A stretch of DNA of 64,000 bases from Lytechinus pictus (taxonomy: Eukaryota), in NCBI RefSeq assembly GCF_037042905.1, contig NC_087252.1:21886001-21950000 (forward strand), in the 5' to 3' direction. Shown here one piece after another: positions 24,271 to 36,514 of the stretch (position 1 is the stretch's first letter; each line of letters opens with the position of its first letter). The notes beneath the pieces were generated by a model. The model was not told the origin of the DNA. It ran no database searches and worked only from the letters and a program-made list of their open reading frames with translations. A program made the position numbers and the translations under genes.

Positions 24271-24548
24271 GGGCGCGTCTTGGTCTAGTGGTTCTGACTC
24301 TCGCCTTTCAAACAGAGGGCCGTGGGTTCAAATCCTAGCCATGGTGTGTTTTCTTTCAGCAAGAAATTTATCCATAGTGTGCTGCACTCGACCCAGGTGA
24401 GGTAAATGGGTACCGGCAGGAAGTAATTCTTCAAAAAGCTGTGCGCACCAGAATCGGTAGACTAGCTTAGCCGGGGTAATATAGGAGCGCCTTGAGCACC
24501 TAGCTAGGTGGATACGTGCGCTATACAAATCCTATATTTTATTATTAC
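24271..24548 (+). mobile_element. tRNA-derived SINE in the A2 intron
   Basis: A box tggtctagtgg, B box ggttcaaatcc, tail agcgccttgagca..gcgctatacaaat plus (tat)n; absent from the A1 intron. Confidence 0.85.
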
Positions 24549-25020
24549 TCATGTTATCCCAATTTTTATATAATGTATCCGTATCCATAAAAGGATATAA
24601 TATGACTGTATTGGAACTGATTTTTAACTAACAAGACAATTCATCTTTTTATAGACAACTTTGATGTTGGTTAACGTAACAGATGCGATTTTTCTCACCT
24701 CCACGCAGAATGAATTTTATTAGAACACAATAAATTTATTGAAAATGTCCGTCGAATGACAATGAATAGCTGCGAGGCCTTTGAAGACATTTGGTGAACC
24801 GCAACAGATGTTCGTCTAAGTGACAGGAAATTGCAAATATGTCATTTGTCCAGAGTCCAGGGCAAAACTATTGTTTTGATTCACCACTTTTCGAAAAATA
24901 TTTCTTGGTTGCTCATTGTCAGGAATGGCATTTGACAATACATCTTCTATGTTATTGAAAGCGTTCTCTCGTGACTACACCTATAAAACGGAACAGAAAA
25001 GAAAGAAGTGTGCTACTTAC

Positions 25021-25806
25021 AGATATGGTCTTTACTTGGGGGCGCTGTTTATTTTCCTTGACATCACCTTCCGGTAGGCTATGATCTGACACTGTGGTAT
25101 CTTCGGTAAACTCCTTGTCGATGTGCCTTCCACCGGCGATCCCTCGAATCTTTTTGAAGATCCGTATGTAGAGAATCAACGTTATGGTGAAAGGGATGAT
25201 GAAGCGGATCAGTACGGCCGACAATTGGGCGATTGGGAACACAGAATACCAGTGAAGACACTCTGAACTAAGCCGAAACTGCAGAATATAGTCAGGAACC
25301 GTCGAGTATGAAAACCAGAAAACAAAAGAAACGATCCACACGCAGATGTTGGTGTAGAGCGCCGTTCGCTTTCTTCGTCTTGTGAAATGTCCGATGGGAT
25401 TATAGGTTGCCCGGTGTCTGTCAACGCAGATGGTGACGATGATCAGGTTAGATACGAATTGGATGCTGTTGCTTACACCGTAGAACACCTTGCACCTAAC
25501 CGGAAAGGGAAAGGGAAGACGCCCAAGGTACATGTGTAAGCATGTAATGACGAGAAAAATCCCGAAGATAAAGTCCGAAATCGTAAGGTTTATGATGAAG
25601 TAGTTGTTGTAGCCACGCAGCTGTTTCTCGACGGCAAAGGCGGCCAGGCAGATACCATTGATCGCAATCATAATGATCACGAAAACCAGGAGTAACAACG
25701 GGATCCATCGATTTCTATCAGGCTCTGTACCTACTTCTGTAAGTTCTGTACCTGCTATTTCTGTATGTTCTTGAAGTAATTCAGTTGTATTGCCTTCAGC
25801 GTACAT
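25021..25806 (-). CDS. GPCR A2 exon 1
   Basis: Paralogue of A1 exon 1; donor TCT|GTAAGT; 786 nt. Confidence 0.92.
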
Positions 25807-27248
25807 GGTCGATTATTGGCTCTGTGATCGGACAAGTACACTTCCTGGTTTAAAGAATCTCTCTTCTGAAGAGGATTGAAAGATACTCTCAGGGTCTTTG
25901 GCCAAGTTGGTCTGATCTAATTTCCCAATTGCTGAACAACTCTATTTAACCCATCACTAAATATATGTATATTTGCAGTCACGCCTATTATACGCCCCAT
26001 TCGCGTGACACGCAATATTATTTTTTTCTCAACTTATAAAGGTTTTGCATTAAATTTCAACTAAGTGCATTTAGTACCGTCATGATTAAAAAATTAATTT
26101 AATTTAAAGCACTTATTGAACATTTAGTAAAACTAAATCTATCGATTAGATGACAAAGAGAGATGAACCCACATTTGCAAATTTTGAAGAGATAGAAAAA
26201 AAAAGAGTGGGGGAGGAGAATGAGAGGAAGAGAGGGCGAGAGAGAGAGAGATGGGGGATGACAGCAATCATTAAATGCAATTTTAGAACCGAAAAAGAAT
26301 CTTGACAAATTCAATAAAATTTGTTTCGGGCACCGTTTACACAAATATTTACAATAAATTAAAGAAAAATTTACAACGCCGAAACGAGAAAACGGTCGAA
26401 ATAGCATAATGATCAACATACACACTATGATGATTATCAAGCTATGAACATCGTTTTTTTGCTATTTGAAATTGATCACAAATCTTTGTGTTACCGTCCC
26501 CGTAGCGTGTTCTTTTGCCAAGCGAAAAATCGATTTCCCCATGAATAGGGGAAATAAAAAGAAATAAAGTATTTCGTTGACCGTTGGTTTCTACTTTTTG
26601 AAAAAGAGATCGATTTTTAATGATTTATAAGGAAATTATTTCGTTTGGTAAAAAACGAGGACAACCTCATTTTAGATTGGCAACACTAATCTTCAAGTAT
26701 GCTATTAAGTGTATCATACATGAAGGTTGAGAATAGTCTCTTGATATTTTCCGTGGTACCAAAGAAAACAAACTTCAAATCGTAAAGAATATAATCAATA
26801 TCACCCAACTGAATAAGTCTTAATTCTGAATCATCTCTTTTACATTCAATAAAAGATCTCTAAGACTTCTAATCTTTCAATAGTGGTGCGTCCTTTAAAG
26901 ATTGAGGGGAAAGAGGTAAACTTTTACTATTGATGTTTTCAGAACGACTTAGTATTTCCGTTTAAAATTGATTGATCTTCATCTTGATTTCGTCGAGGCA
27001 TAGATTTGTTAAAAAGTAATATTATTAGCCCACGATTAGAGTGTCTCAATTAAAAACGAAGACCCTGAGTTTGAATTGATTTATGCGTTCAAATCATGTC
27101 ATAGAAAATGAACAATTACCTGTATAACTTATAGAACAATGATTTCAATTGGTCAGGGGCATAACAGGGGTCGGTTGCAAGGGGGGGGGGGAGCAAGAGC
27201 AAAAAAAATCCCGGTCGTGAACATGCAGTGGCATGTTTAGGGGGAAGA

Positions 27249-27287
<39 letters not shown>

Positions 27288-28804
27288 GCTGCGAGCGAAG
27301 CGAGCGAGCAAAAATCTCGATATTTTTATTTTAAAAATCAAATTTGGGATATATTTTTACATAATATTCAGAAAATGATATGATGTCTTACTTTTCTCTC
27401 TTTCCTTTTCTGTATTTATGTACGCCACTGTGAATTTGATTTTGTTTATTGTTCGCGAGCATTAGAGCAAAGCTCCATGCAGCAGTGGCATAAGAGTGAG
27501 TAAAAAAAAAAGAGGGGCACTGTATGGCACGTGTGGCAAAAAGTTACTTTATATAAGTCCTGAGCGAGCGAAGCGGGCGAAAAAATCACCTTTTCATGAG
27601 AATCTAACTTTGAGAAAGATTTTGACATGATATTCAGAAAATAACACAATATCTTACACTTTCCCTTTGCTTTTCTGTCCTCCTTTTCCTTTTTGTTCTT
27701 GGATGTAGAACTATTGGGGGCCATAGCACAAACTTTTCCATCTCTATGCCACTGCTATTCGGGTGGGGTCCGGGGGCAGAGACCCCGGAAACCCTTGATT
27801 CTAAAACCATTTTAAACCTTACAGATGGCTGCTATTTTTAATCAAATTACGGGTTCAGTTTTTACACAAGACATTAATTCAACGCAGTTGCGTAATAAAC
27901 CAAATATTTTGAGGGGCACAACACAGCAAATGCGGGATAATTTGTTTAAGTCGCTAGCGAGCGAAAAAGGAATTTGGCTGTTTGAAATGAAATTATAATT
28001 ACATGAATCACGAGATAGATTTTTCATTATATTCAATCAAACATATTTCATTGTTTTCCATTCATGTGATTTCGTTGTCTCCATGTTTTTTTGCACCCAA
28101 TGGCTGTGGAACCATGCATGCTCCCCCCCCCCCCTGTACGCCAGTGCTTCAATAATTGACGTAAATTGACTTCATAGAGCCCTTTAATATTAACAGATGA
28201 AGAGCCCCTACTGAATAGGGTCTGGGGCAGCTACAAAAGGATGGATATGTCTAACCCTTGGCTAACCATTTTGTCTTGATTGCACCCGTTATTGTATAAA
28301 ACTTAGCAAGCTTGTAATATACTTCATATACATTCATGCCATCCATCTTTCTTCCCGTTCTTTATTTCCAATCCTCGGCAGCGCGTTCGTGTTTTAGCTT
28401 CTCTTTTTTTTTTAGAAGTCCCTTTTCTTCGTTTTCCAATTGAGCTTTTTGCTCATTCCATTTTACCTTCATTTCCCGCTTTTGTTTACTATTATTTTAT
28501 TTCCTTTTTTTACTAATACAGTAGTATTTCGGAATGGTGCTTTCTTACATGTTCTTCTTTACTTCCTTTTCCCGCTTTCCTTCCGTTTTCCCTCTTTATG
28601 TTTTTTTATTATTTCCCCCCTTTTCCCTTTTCTTCCTTTTTTTCTTTCTTTCTTTTCCCCGTTTTTGTATTATCCCGGTGAAATCCGCCAGGGGGGCAGC
28701 CTGCCCCCGCCTGTTACGCCACTGTGTAGATAACTTAGTGTAGTAATAACGTGGCATAATCGGTGTGTTGGTTCAGTAAGTAGAGAATAACAGGGGCGTA
28801 GTAG

Positions 28805-29664
28805 CAGTGGCGTAGCTAGGATTTTTTTCCTGGGGGGCACTGGGGGGTCCTTGCTTTTTCAGGGGGGGGGGGCACAATTTTTCCGGTGTGTGTGTGTATG
28901 TGTCACAAGGGCGGATCCGACTATCGCCAATAGGGGACGGGGCCCGAAATTATCTTCACCTAATAATAAACAGTTCTTGTATAGCGCATATCACGATTAT
29001 GAATAATGTCTCTATGCGCTTCCAAAGGACTTGGATATTATTACCCCAGCTGTAGCTTGGTAGCTCACCTATATTTTCCCCGATCAGTCACTTCTTAGTT
29101 TTATTCTTATAAAACAACATAAACATGAAATAATCTCATAAGCCTTATAAAAAGCGCGAGCGCGAGCGATTTTTTTTTACTTTCATGTATTTTGTCCTGA
29201 AAATGTGATATTCTGGGCAATGTTATGTATGATCCTCAACAAGATTCGTATGTAACTAGATGATAACTGCGAACGCCAAGCGCGAGCAGAAATTTATATT
29301 AATTGTTCTAGCATTATCGAAAAGGGACTTGTTAAGGACTGCTTATAGTTACCCACGAAGACGGTATATATTTCAATAATGGGAGCGCGAAGCGCGAGCA
29401 AAAAATTTATATAGTAACATGAAATATTTTTTTTGTGCAAGTCTTCCCCTCACGTACATTATTTCATTCACTCCTCTTCCTCCTCTTATTTTCCTTTTCT
29501 TTTTTCTGTTCTTTCTCCTTCTTCTCTGTTTTTCTTTTCTTCTTTCTCCCTTGTTTTCTTTTTTTTTGCTCTGCCAATTTTTTTCAGGGTGGGGGGGGGG
29601 GCACCTGGGGGGGCACACCAAATCTCAGGGGGGCACGTGCCCCCCCCCCGTAGCTACGCCACTG
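28805..29664. mobile_element. hAT-like MITE with 8-bp TSD cgtagtag
   Basis: TIR cagtggcgtagct..agctacgccactg; also at 57412-58131; empty site at ~45655. Confidence 0.85.
28963..29064 (-). mobile_element. 5'-truncated SINE/LINE tail nested in the MITE
   Basis: 7-bp TSD tcaccta; minus-strand tail gcgctatacaag..tattat; absent in the unit-4 MITE copy (~57565). Confidence 0.7.
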
Positions 29665-31617
29665 CGTAGTAGTAGGGGTCGATGGCCACGGGGGGGGGGG
29701 GTAAAAAAACAAAATTTCCTGGTCTTATCATGATGTGAAGAATTATGAACATAATTTTTCATGATTGTACGCAACTTCTTGAAATTCAGTATTTTTGGGG
29801 GGTCTTGATGGTTAAATCAGCACTATAAACGCCACAATAACATAACCATTATTCACCTTCATCAATAACATCACCATCATGATCATCACCATCGCAATCA
29901 TCCTCCTCATCATCACCACTATCATTATAATCGTCGTTATTACCATCACTACCATCATCCTCATCCTAATCACCATTACTATCATTATCAACATCATCAT
30001 TACCACTAACATTATCATCACCATCATCATCACCATCATCAACATCACTATCATCATCATCGTCGTCATTATCACAATNNNNNNNNNNNNNNNNNNNNNN
30101 NNNNNNNNNNNNNNNNNNNNNNNNNNNNNNNNNNNNNNNNNNNNNNNNNNNNNNNNNNNNNNNNNNNNNNNNNNNNNNNNNNNNNNNNNNNNNNNNNNNN
30201 NNNNNNNNNNNNNNNNNATCACCATTACCACCAACGTTATCATCATCATCGTCACCATCATCAATCATAATCATCACCATCATCATCACTATCATCATCA
30301 TAATCTTTATCACCATCACCATCATCCTCCTTATCATCACTGCTATCACCATTACCATCATTATTACCGTCACCATTACCACCAATATTATCATCATCAT
30401 CATCATCACTATCAGCATCCTCATCATCCTCATCACCATCATCATTCTTATCATCATCACTACCATCACCAATACCATCACCATTACTATCACCATTACC
30501 ACCAACATTTTCGTCATCAGGGTCATCATCACTATCATCATCATCAGCAACGACTTCCACACCAAGCACTGACAACGACACTAACAACAATGTTCATAAT
30601 CTGTATCATCAACGCCGTCGTCGTCTAAAAATCAGCCCAAATACCGTCACAATCAATATATTCTTTTATCTACGAATACAGAAGTCGAAGTCAAAAGAGA
30701 GGTGCAATGAAGAAAGGAAAAAAAAGATTTTTTTTTAAGGAAAGGATCGACAAGGAGAAGAAAAAGATTGACGGGGGATTTGATGATAAAGTGTAAAAAG
30801 ATAATGAAAACAAGATGATCAACAACAACAAAAAAATTATACATATCATACTGAAGGTATTCTGGTTATTATTTTTAGTACATAGAGTGAAGTTCGTTCA
30901 TAATGTCAGATTATGCGGGAGTGATGTGATCTTAATAATAAGAGTTTGTTATGACTTCATAACATAGATATAACATAAAATCTACTTATACTATACTCTC
31001 TATACAATATACATGTATGCATTATCCAAGCATTGCCGTGTTATTACACAAGATACATTAATCATGTGAGCCCCAAATATATAACAAAATAGAGTATTTG
31101 AATTAATACACTTGGAACTAAAATATTAATGAAAAAAAGTAAAATTTAGATGGATCTCAACAGATATAATTTTATTCAAAACATACAATGGGGGGGGGGG
31201 GGAGATTGATTACACTTACCATTTTCAATCTGTACCGTTGTCTATATGATTTCATACCCGACAAACCAACGGGCAGTTTTCACAAGTAATACATAGACAA
31301 GAGAAAAATCATTTTGTCGTTGATTTCGTAGCTGTAACTCAATAGGAGTGGTGAAACAAATTACCACATTACAGATATACCCATATAAAAAGATACCATC
31401 TCATAATCAGAATTTTAATATTTTTCTTTTACCTATACGTTTTTTGTGTTTTTGACATACTAATGCCAATACATAAAAGACCAAGTTCATTTTTACTTTC
31501 CTCTAAAATCAACAACAAAATTAATTGATCAGTGATTCTGAGGTGTAATGACTTATTTTTTATTTAGCAATAAATTTATTCACAATAAGAACTTCAATAT
31601 CTAGAATTAGATCCGAA

Positions 31618-31811
31618 CACTAGCGTACCTACGGGGGGGGGGCAGGGGGGGGCACTCTGCCCCCCCCTGACGAGTCACAACCCATGCCAAAACGTATCTT
31701 TGCCCCCCCTGACGGGCTTGAAAAACCTTTTTTGCCCCCCCCTGACGAGCTTGAAGACTTTTTTTTTTTTTTTTTTGCTTGTCAATTTTTTTTATGGAAC
31801 GAACTCCTTCA

Positions 31812-31850
<39 letters not shown>

Positions 31851-31962
31851 TGTCAAATTTTTTCTGGAACGAAATCCTTATTTTTTTTTTTTTTTTTTTG
31901 CTTGTCAAATTTTTGGGCGGACGGTTTTGCCCCCCCTGTGGAAAATCCTAGGTACGCCACTG
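31618..31962. mobile_element. hAT-like MITE with 8-bp TSD gatccgaa, unit 2 only
   Basis: Imperfect TIR cactagcgtacct..aggtacgccactg; internal poly-T repeats; empty sites at ~47890 and ~60505. Confidence 0.85.
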
Positions 31963-32176
31963 GATCCGAATAAAACTTTTCAAAAGATTTCTTAAACAGG
32001 AGAGTTTGCATATTAAGTATATTTTTAAATCCAATTTGCTGTTACTGTTTAGAACCTTACCGGTCTTTATCAGGAGCTTGGACACTGAGAATCGAAAGAT
32101 TCGGTCAATTGATTATTAGACTTCAAATTACAAATGCAAAAATTCCAAACCCGCCATAATCTAATAAAACAGATGA

Positions 32177-32482
32177 TTATTTCCCTCTGCAATACCGGAT
32201 AGGGTGGCGGATCAAACTGAATACGGTTTTCCGAAACAGCGGCTGCGAGACAACGTAGCAAAGCGGATTGAGTAAGCTATTCACGTAGACCAGCCAACCG
32301 GGTACCAAATGCGCCCAGTCAGGAAGCCGTGGATAGATGAGTGTCGGTTCAATCGAGTAGATAAAGGAGATGACAGAAACTGGAAACCAGGTAATAAAGA
32401 AAGCGATGACGATGAAGAGGAGTGTCTTTGTGGCGCTGCGAACCTCGGATGCTGATTCACGCTTGACTGCTTTCTGACCACC
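32177..32482 (-). CDS. GPCR B2 exon 2
   Basis: cattag|GGT acceptor; 306 nt, near-identical to B1 exon 2. Confidence 0.85.
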   Translation of the reverse strand, partial: GGQKAVKRESASEVRSATKTLLFIVIAFFITWFPVSVISFIYSIEPTLIYPRLPDWAHLVPGWLVYVNSLLNPLCYVVSQPLFRKTVFSLIRHPIRYCRGK

Positions 32483-33233
32483 CTAATGGGGAAAAGATTC
32501 ATAGATGAAAATAAAAGTCATGAATTTCATATTTACATACCGCCTGAAGATTGAATGATGTCAGCTTACATACGCGACGTTACAACATAGGTTTTTACGT
32601 GTACGTGGTAACTGATTTTTTGCATCACTAGGATAAAGAGTGTAATAATTACAATAGTAATGATATGTAACATTTGTATAGCGCTTTATACAAATGTTTC
32701 AAAGCGCTGCATACTATTTACCCCGGCTTATGCACGGCTACCCTGATCGGACGCTCGAGTATTCACGGAATTTCTTCCTACCATGAAGGCCTACCAATTT
32801 ACTACACCTGGGTGGAGAGTGGAACATGTAGATAAACACCTTGCCAAAGGACGCGAGTGGGGATTCGCACCCCAACCCTTGAGGTTCAAAGTCAGGACAC
32901 TTATCCACTGAGACGCAACGCCTCTACATGAATTAACTTTTATGACAAATAATGGCTACTCAATGCTCTCTGTATTCAATCAATTGCCTCATTATGGACG
33001 GACCTTTGCAGGGATGTACTTGAGGCCGGCCCCGAGGCCAAATTTTGCCGGCCTTGGCCACGACCCGAGTCAGTGTAGAAAGTGTATGGGAGAAGGCTTT
33101 CTCCAGCCGATTTCCTTCCCCTTTTCCTCCCCACATCTTTCTTGCTTTTGAAATTTTTCAAGTAAGGGACTCGCTCGAACCCCGGAACAACCCCCCGGCT
33201 ACGGGCTTTGATATGGAATTAATGAATACTCAC

Positions 33234-33896
33234 AGATTCTATGGTAGTAATGGGGCCTTCTTTGGAATCACCAGCGTCGTTACCACCGTCCGATTTGCTT
33301 TGCCGCGACCATGAAGTGTCCCCATTAAAAACTTCACCGATGTGCTTTCTACCGGCTATCTTTTGGATCTTCACGAAGATCCGCACATAGATTATCAGCA
33401 TGATTGTGAAAGGGATGATGAACCGAATAAATACTGGTACTATCTGGCCGATCGCGTAGATCGCCTTTCGCTTGCTCCTGGTGGTGAAATGCCCGATGGG
33501 ATCGTAGGTTGCTCGGTGTCTATCGATGCAGATGGTGACGATGATCAGATTTGATACAAACTGGACGCTGCTGAAGACACCGTAGAAGATCCGGCACGAG
33601 TTGTTACCAGGGAATGGGAATCGTCTAAAATAGGTATGCAAGGATGTCACGATGATGACAAACCCAAAGAGAAAGTCAGAGATTGTAAGGTTTATGATGA
33701 AGTAGTTGTTGTAGCCACGGAGTCGTTTTTCGACGGCAAATGCTGCCAGGCTGAGGCCATTGGTCGTGATGATGAGGGCCACTAGGAGCAGCGGTAGGAG
33801 CAGGGCGTGGAGACCACGTCTCTCATCATCCGTTTCCGTCGCTACTGTTTCTTGTTGCTCCTGAAAAACGTCGGTCGTATTCCCGTCCGCGTACAT
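33234..33896 (-). CDS. GPCR B2 exon 1 with a 117-bp in-frame deletion of TM4/ECL2 (probably non-functional)
   Basis: KRKAIYA|IGQIVPV junction; 663 nt versus 780 nt in B1, B3 and B4. Confidence 0.8.
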
Positions 33897-36033
33897 GACT
33901 CTCACTACGGAGCTAGAAATTATGTTTCTAATTTTTTTTATTTTACTAGTGGCACTATAATCGTTGCATGAAGGATAACTTACTACTGTTATATTCTTAT
34001 CAAACCCAATACAAATATGGCTACATGCTCTTGCTGACCGTCACTCAAGGTAGTATTTCGATACTAAAATGCTTTGACTTATATACGAGGCAGTTTCCCT
34101 TGAAAGGAATATCATTCCTTTCATATGGATATCACTTTTTCAATAGATAGTTAGGATAAAAAGATTCCGTGACGAAAGGTACTATTTTTTGCAAGATATT
34201 GAGTAGAAGCGTAATGTATAACACGGTTGGAGATAAGTGGTTGTGTAACTATATCGATCTGTTGGTTAATAAAGGTACACTGTACATGCCTGCGTGTATT
34301 GAGGACACGATAATATAGGCCTATAGATATCTTAAAGGATATCACATGGGATAAATCAATAGTTCATAAATCATAAGAACATTGAGAACAGAAGAAGATA
34401 CAGTGCAGTGAACAGTGGCATAGTGAGCCAAATACTAGGACCGCAGCATGGCGTATGTCTGAGGAAAGCTTTCTAAGCGATCAGGAACAAATAAAGAGAG
34501 AAAGTGAAAACTTTGCCTTCTTAAAATGGAATTCTTAATTTTGATAAATGTTGACATGGTATTGATAACGTTGAAATATTATCACACGTCACCATTTCAT
34601 TCCCCTTCCCGGCCGCGTCAGACCAAAAGATGGGAGTTGCTGCTACCCTCGTCGATCTGGCTCTACACAGCGGTTGCCGGGCCGACGATCAATATTGGGC
34701 AAAGTAAATTTTCGGAGTATTTCATTACATGTCTATTTCGAAAAATAAGATACGGATTTTCATCTTTTCTTTTCTTGTTCGTAAAACTTTGGGGGCCAGC
34801 GCCCCAATGCCCCCGTATCTATACAGCAGCGATATCGACGTGTCCCTGATTAATTCATTCATCGCTTCTGACAAAAAGATATTTTGTTTCTACATGTATT
34901 AGGTATAGTGTTTTTTCAACTGTTCTTACAAAGACGGTGGCCTACGCGAGAAAGTGCTTCTATTCACGCCTTAAAGATGTTTCTCTTTTCCTAGGAGAAT
35001 GCAAAAAGAGAAAAGCCAAGTACATGTATCTCTATCTAACTGTCTAAGAATAATTTATTTTTAGCAAAGCAAGGCAAAGTATGGCAATGACATCAGGTGT
35101 TGGGTAACTAAAATCATTTTTGCCATGTAAGAACGCAACTATGCTTTCGTAACAACTTACCCTGGAAACAGAAAGAGGTTATGACATACTTGCATTATCA
35201 ATTTGAATGATATTGCACCCCAAGGTTTTCTCTCTCTCAAATACCCTTTGTCTTTGACCACGCTGCAGAATGAATTTCGTGCAAAATAGACCATATATAT
35301 GTCACGAGGATGGCGATGCTTTTTTATGATAATGGTAATGATGATGATGATGACGACAATGATGACGATAGTGATGATAACATAAAGAAAGAAACGTTGT
35401 TATATGCATGTGAGGGAGTGATAAAAAGACTAGGAACCATATTCTGATCTCGTGTTTACTTTAGAACTCTGATCTAATTTTGTGGTTTAACTATGGATAG
35501 CCAATTGTGACACCAAACTCTAACATTACAGGTTCATTCCATAAGTACATTTGACATTCAAACCATTTATAACTCTCTGGGGATGGCGAATAAAGGAAAG
35601 ACAAAGGACCTCTGTAAACGTAAGAAACATGCAATGTAAAGATAATTTTGACATGTTCAACAAGTTAAGATTGCCTTCAGAAAACGGGCCATTGTGCGCC
35701 TGTGAGAGTGAGCACAAGGATATTAATCTATGGTTTATGTTACCACATAAATCCAATTCTTTTTTTTGTCACAAAACATATACCTCAATGATTACCAGAA
35801 ATGTGTGTGTGTGTCTGAACATCGTACAACAAACCAAAGTGTCTGGGCATTAATTCACCATAGAACACGATGTGAAACTATAATTTTGTGTTCATATTCA
35901 TCTTCTATCTTAACAGAATGTGTGTCTAATTAATAACAGTCCAAAAGATTCTACACTAGATTTTGAAACTACGTTTTGTAATAAATCGTGTTTCTGAGTC
36001 TGTATCGTGGTAAAGCGGGTGGGGGTAATTATC

Positions 36034-36336
36034 CTAGCAACGACAATACCGGATAGGGCGGCAGAGCAAACCAAATACGGTTTTCCTGAAGAGCGGTTGG
36101 GAGATGACGTAACAGATCGGATTGAGTAGACCGTTCACGTAAACGAGCCAAATAGTTATCCAAAAAGCCCAGTAGGGTAGCCGCGGGTAGCCGAGCGTTC
36201 GATCGATAGTGACGACAATCGCCAAAAGAGACGTTGGGAACCACGTGATGAAGAAGGCCATGACGATGAAGAGTAGGGTCTTGGTGGCGCTTCGAACCTC
36301 TGAGGCCGGCTCACGATTTGCGGCTTTTTGAACTCC
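36034..36336 (-). CDS. GPCR A3 exon 2
   Basis: Same acceptor and phase as A2; TWFP, NPICY. Confidence 0.9.
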   Translation of the reverse strand, partial: GVQKAANREPASEVRSATKTLLFIVMAFFITWFPTSLLAIVVTIDRTLGYPRLPYWAFWITIWLVYVNGLLNPICYVISQPLFRKTVFGLLCRPIRYCRC

Positions 36337-36514
36337 CTAGAGAAAACGAACCGACAAGGGAACAAAAAGGCAGTTGTAAGTGAATAAAATTCATGAAGCA
36401 CCTCAACAAAATATTCAGTCAAGTACTCAATAAATTAAACGATAAAAAACAAGTAAATATATATTTGAATGAAGAAAGAAATCAACAAGTATGACACCTA
36501 CTACAGTCCGGGCA

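Noticed and set aside
24271-24345. tRNA-like sequence
   Set aside because: It is a SINE head: it continues into SINE body and tail and lacks a convincing acceptor stem
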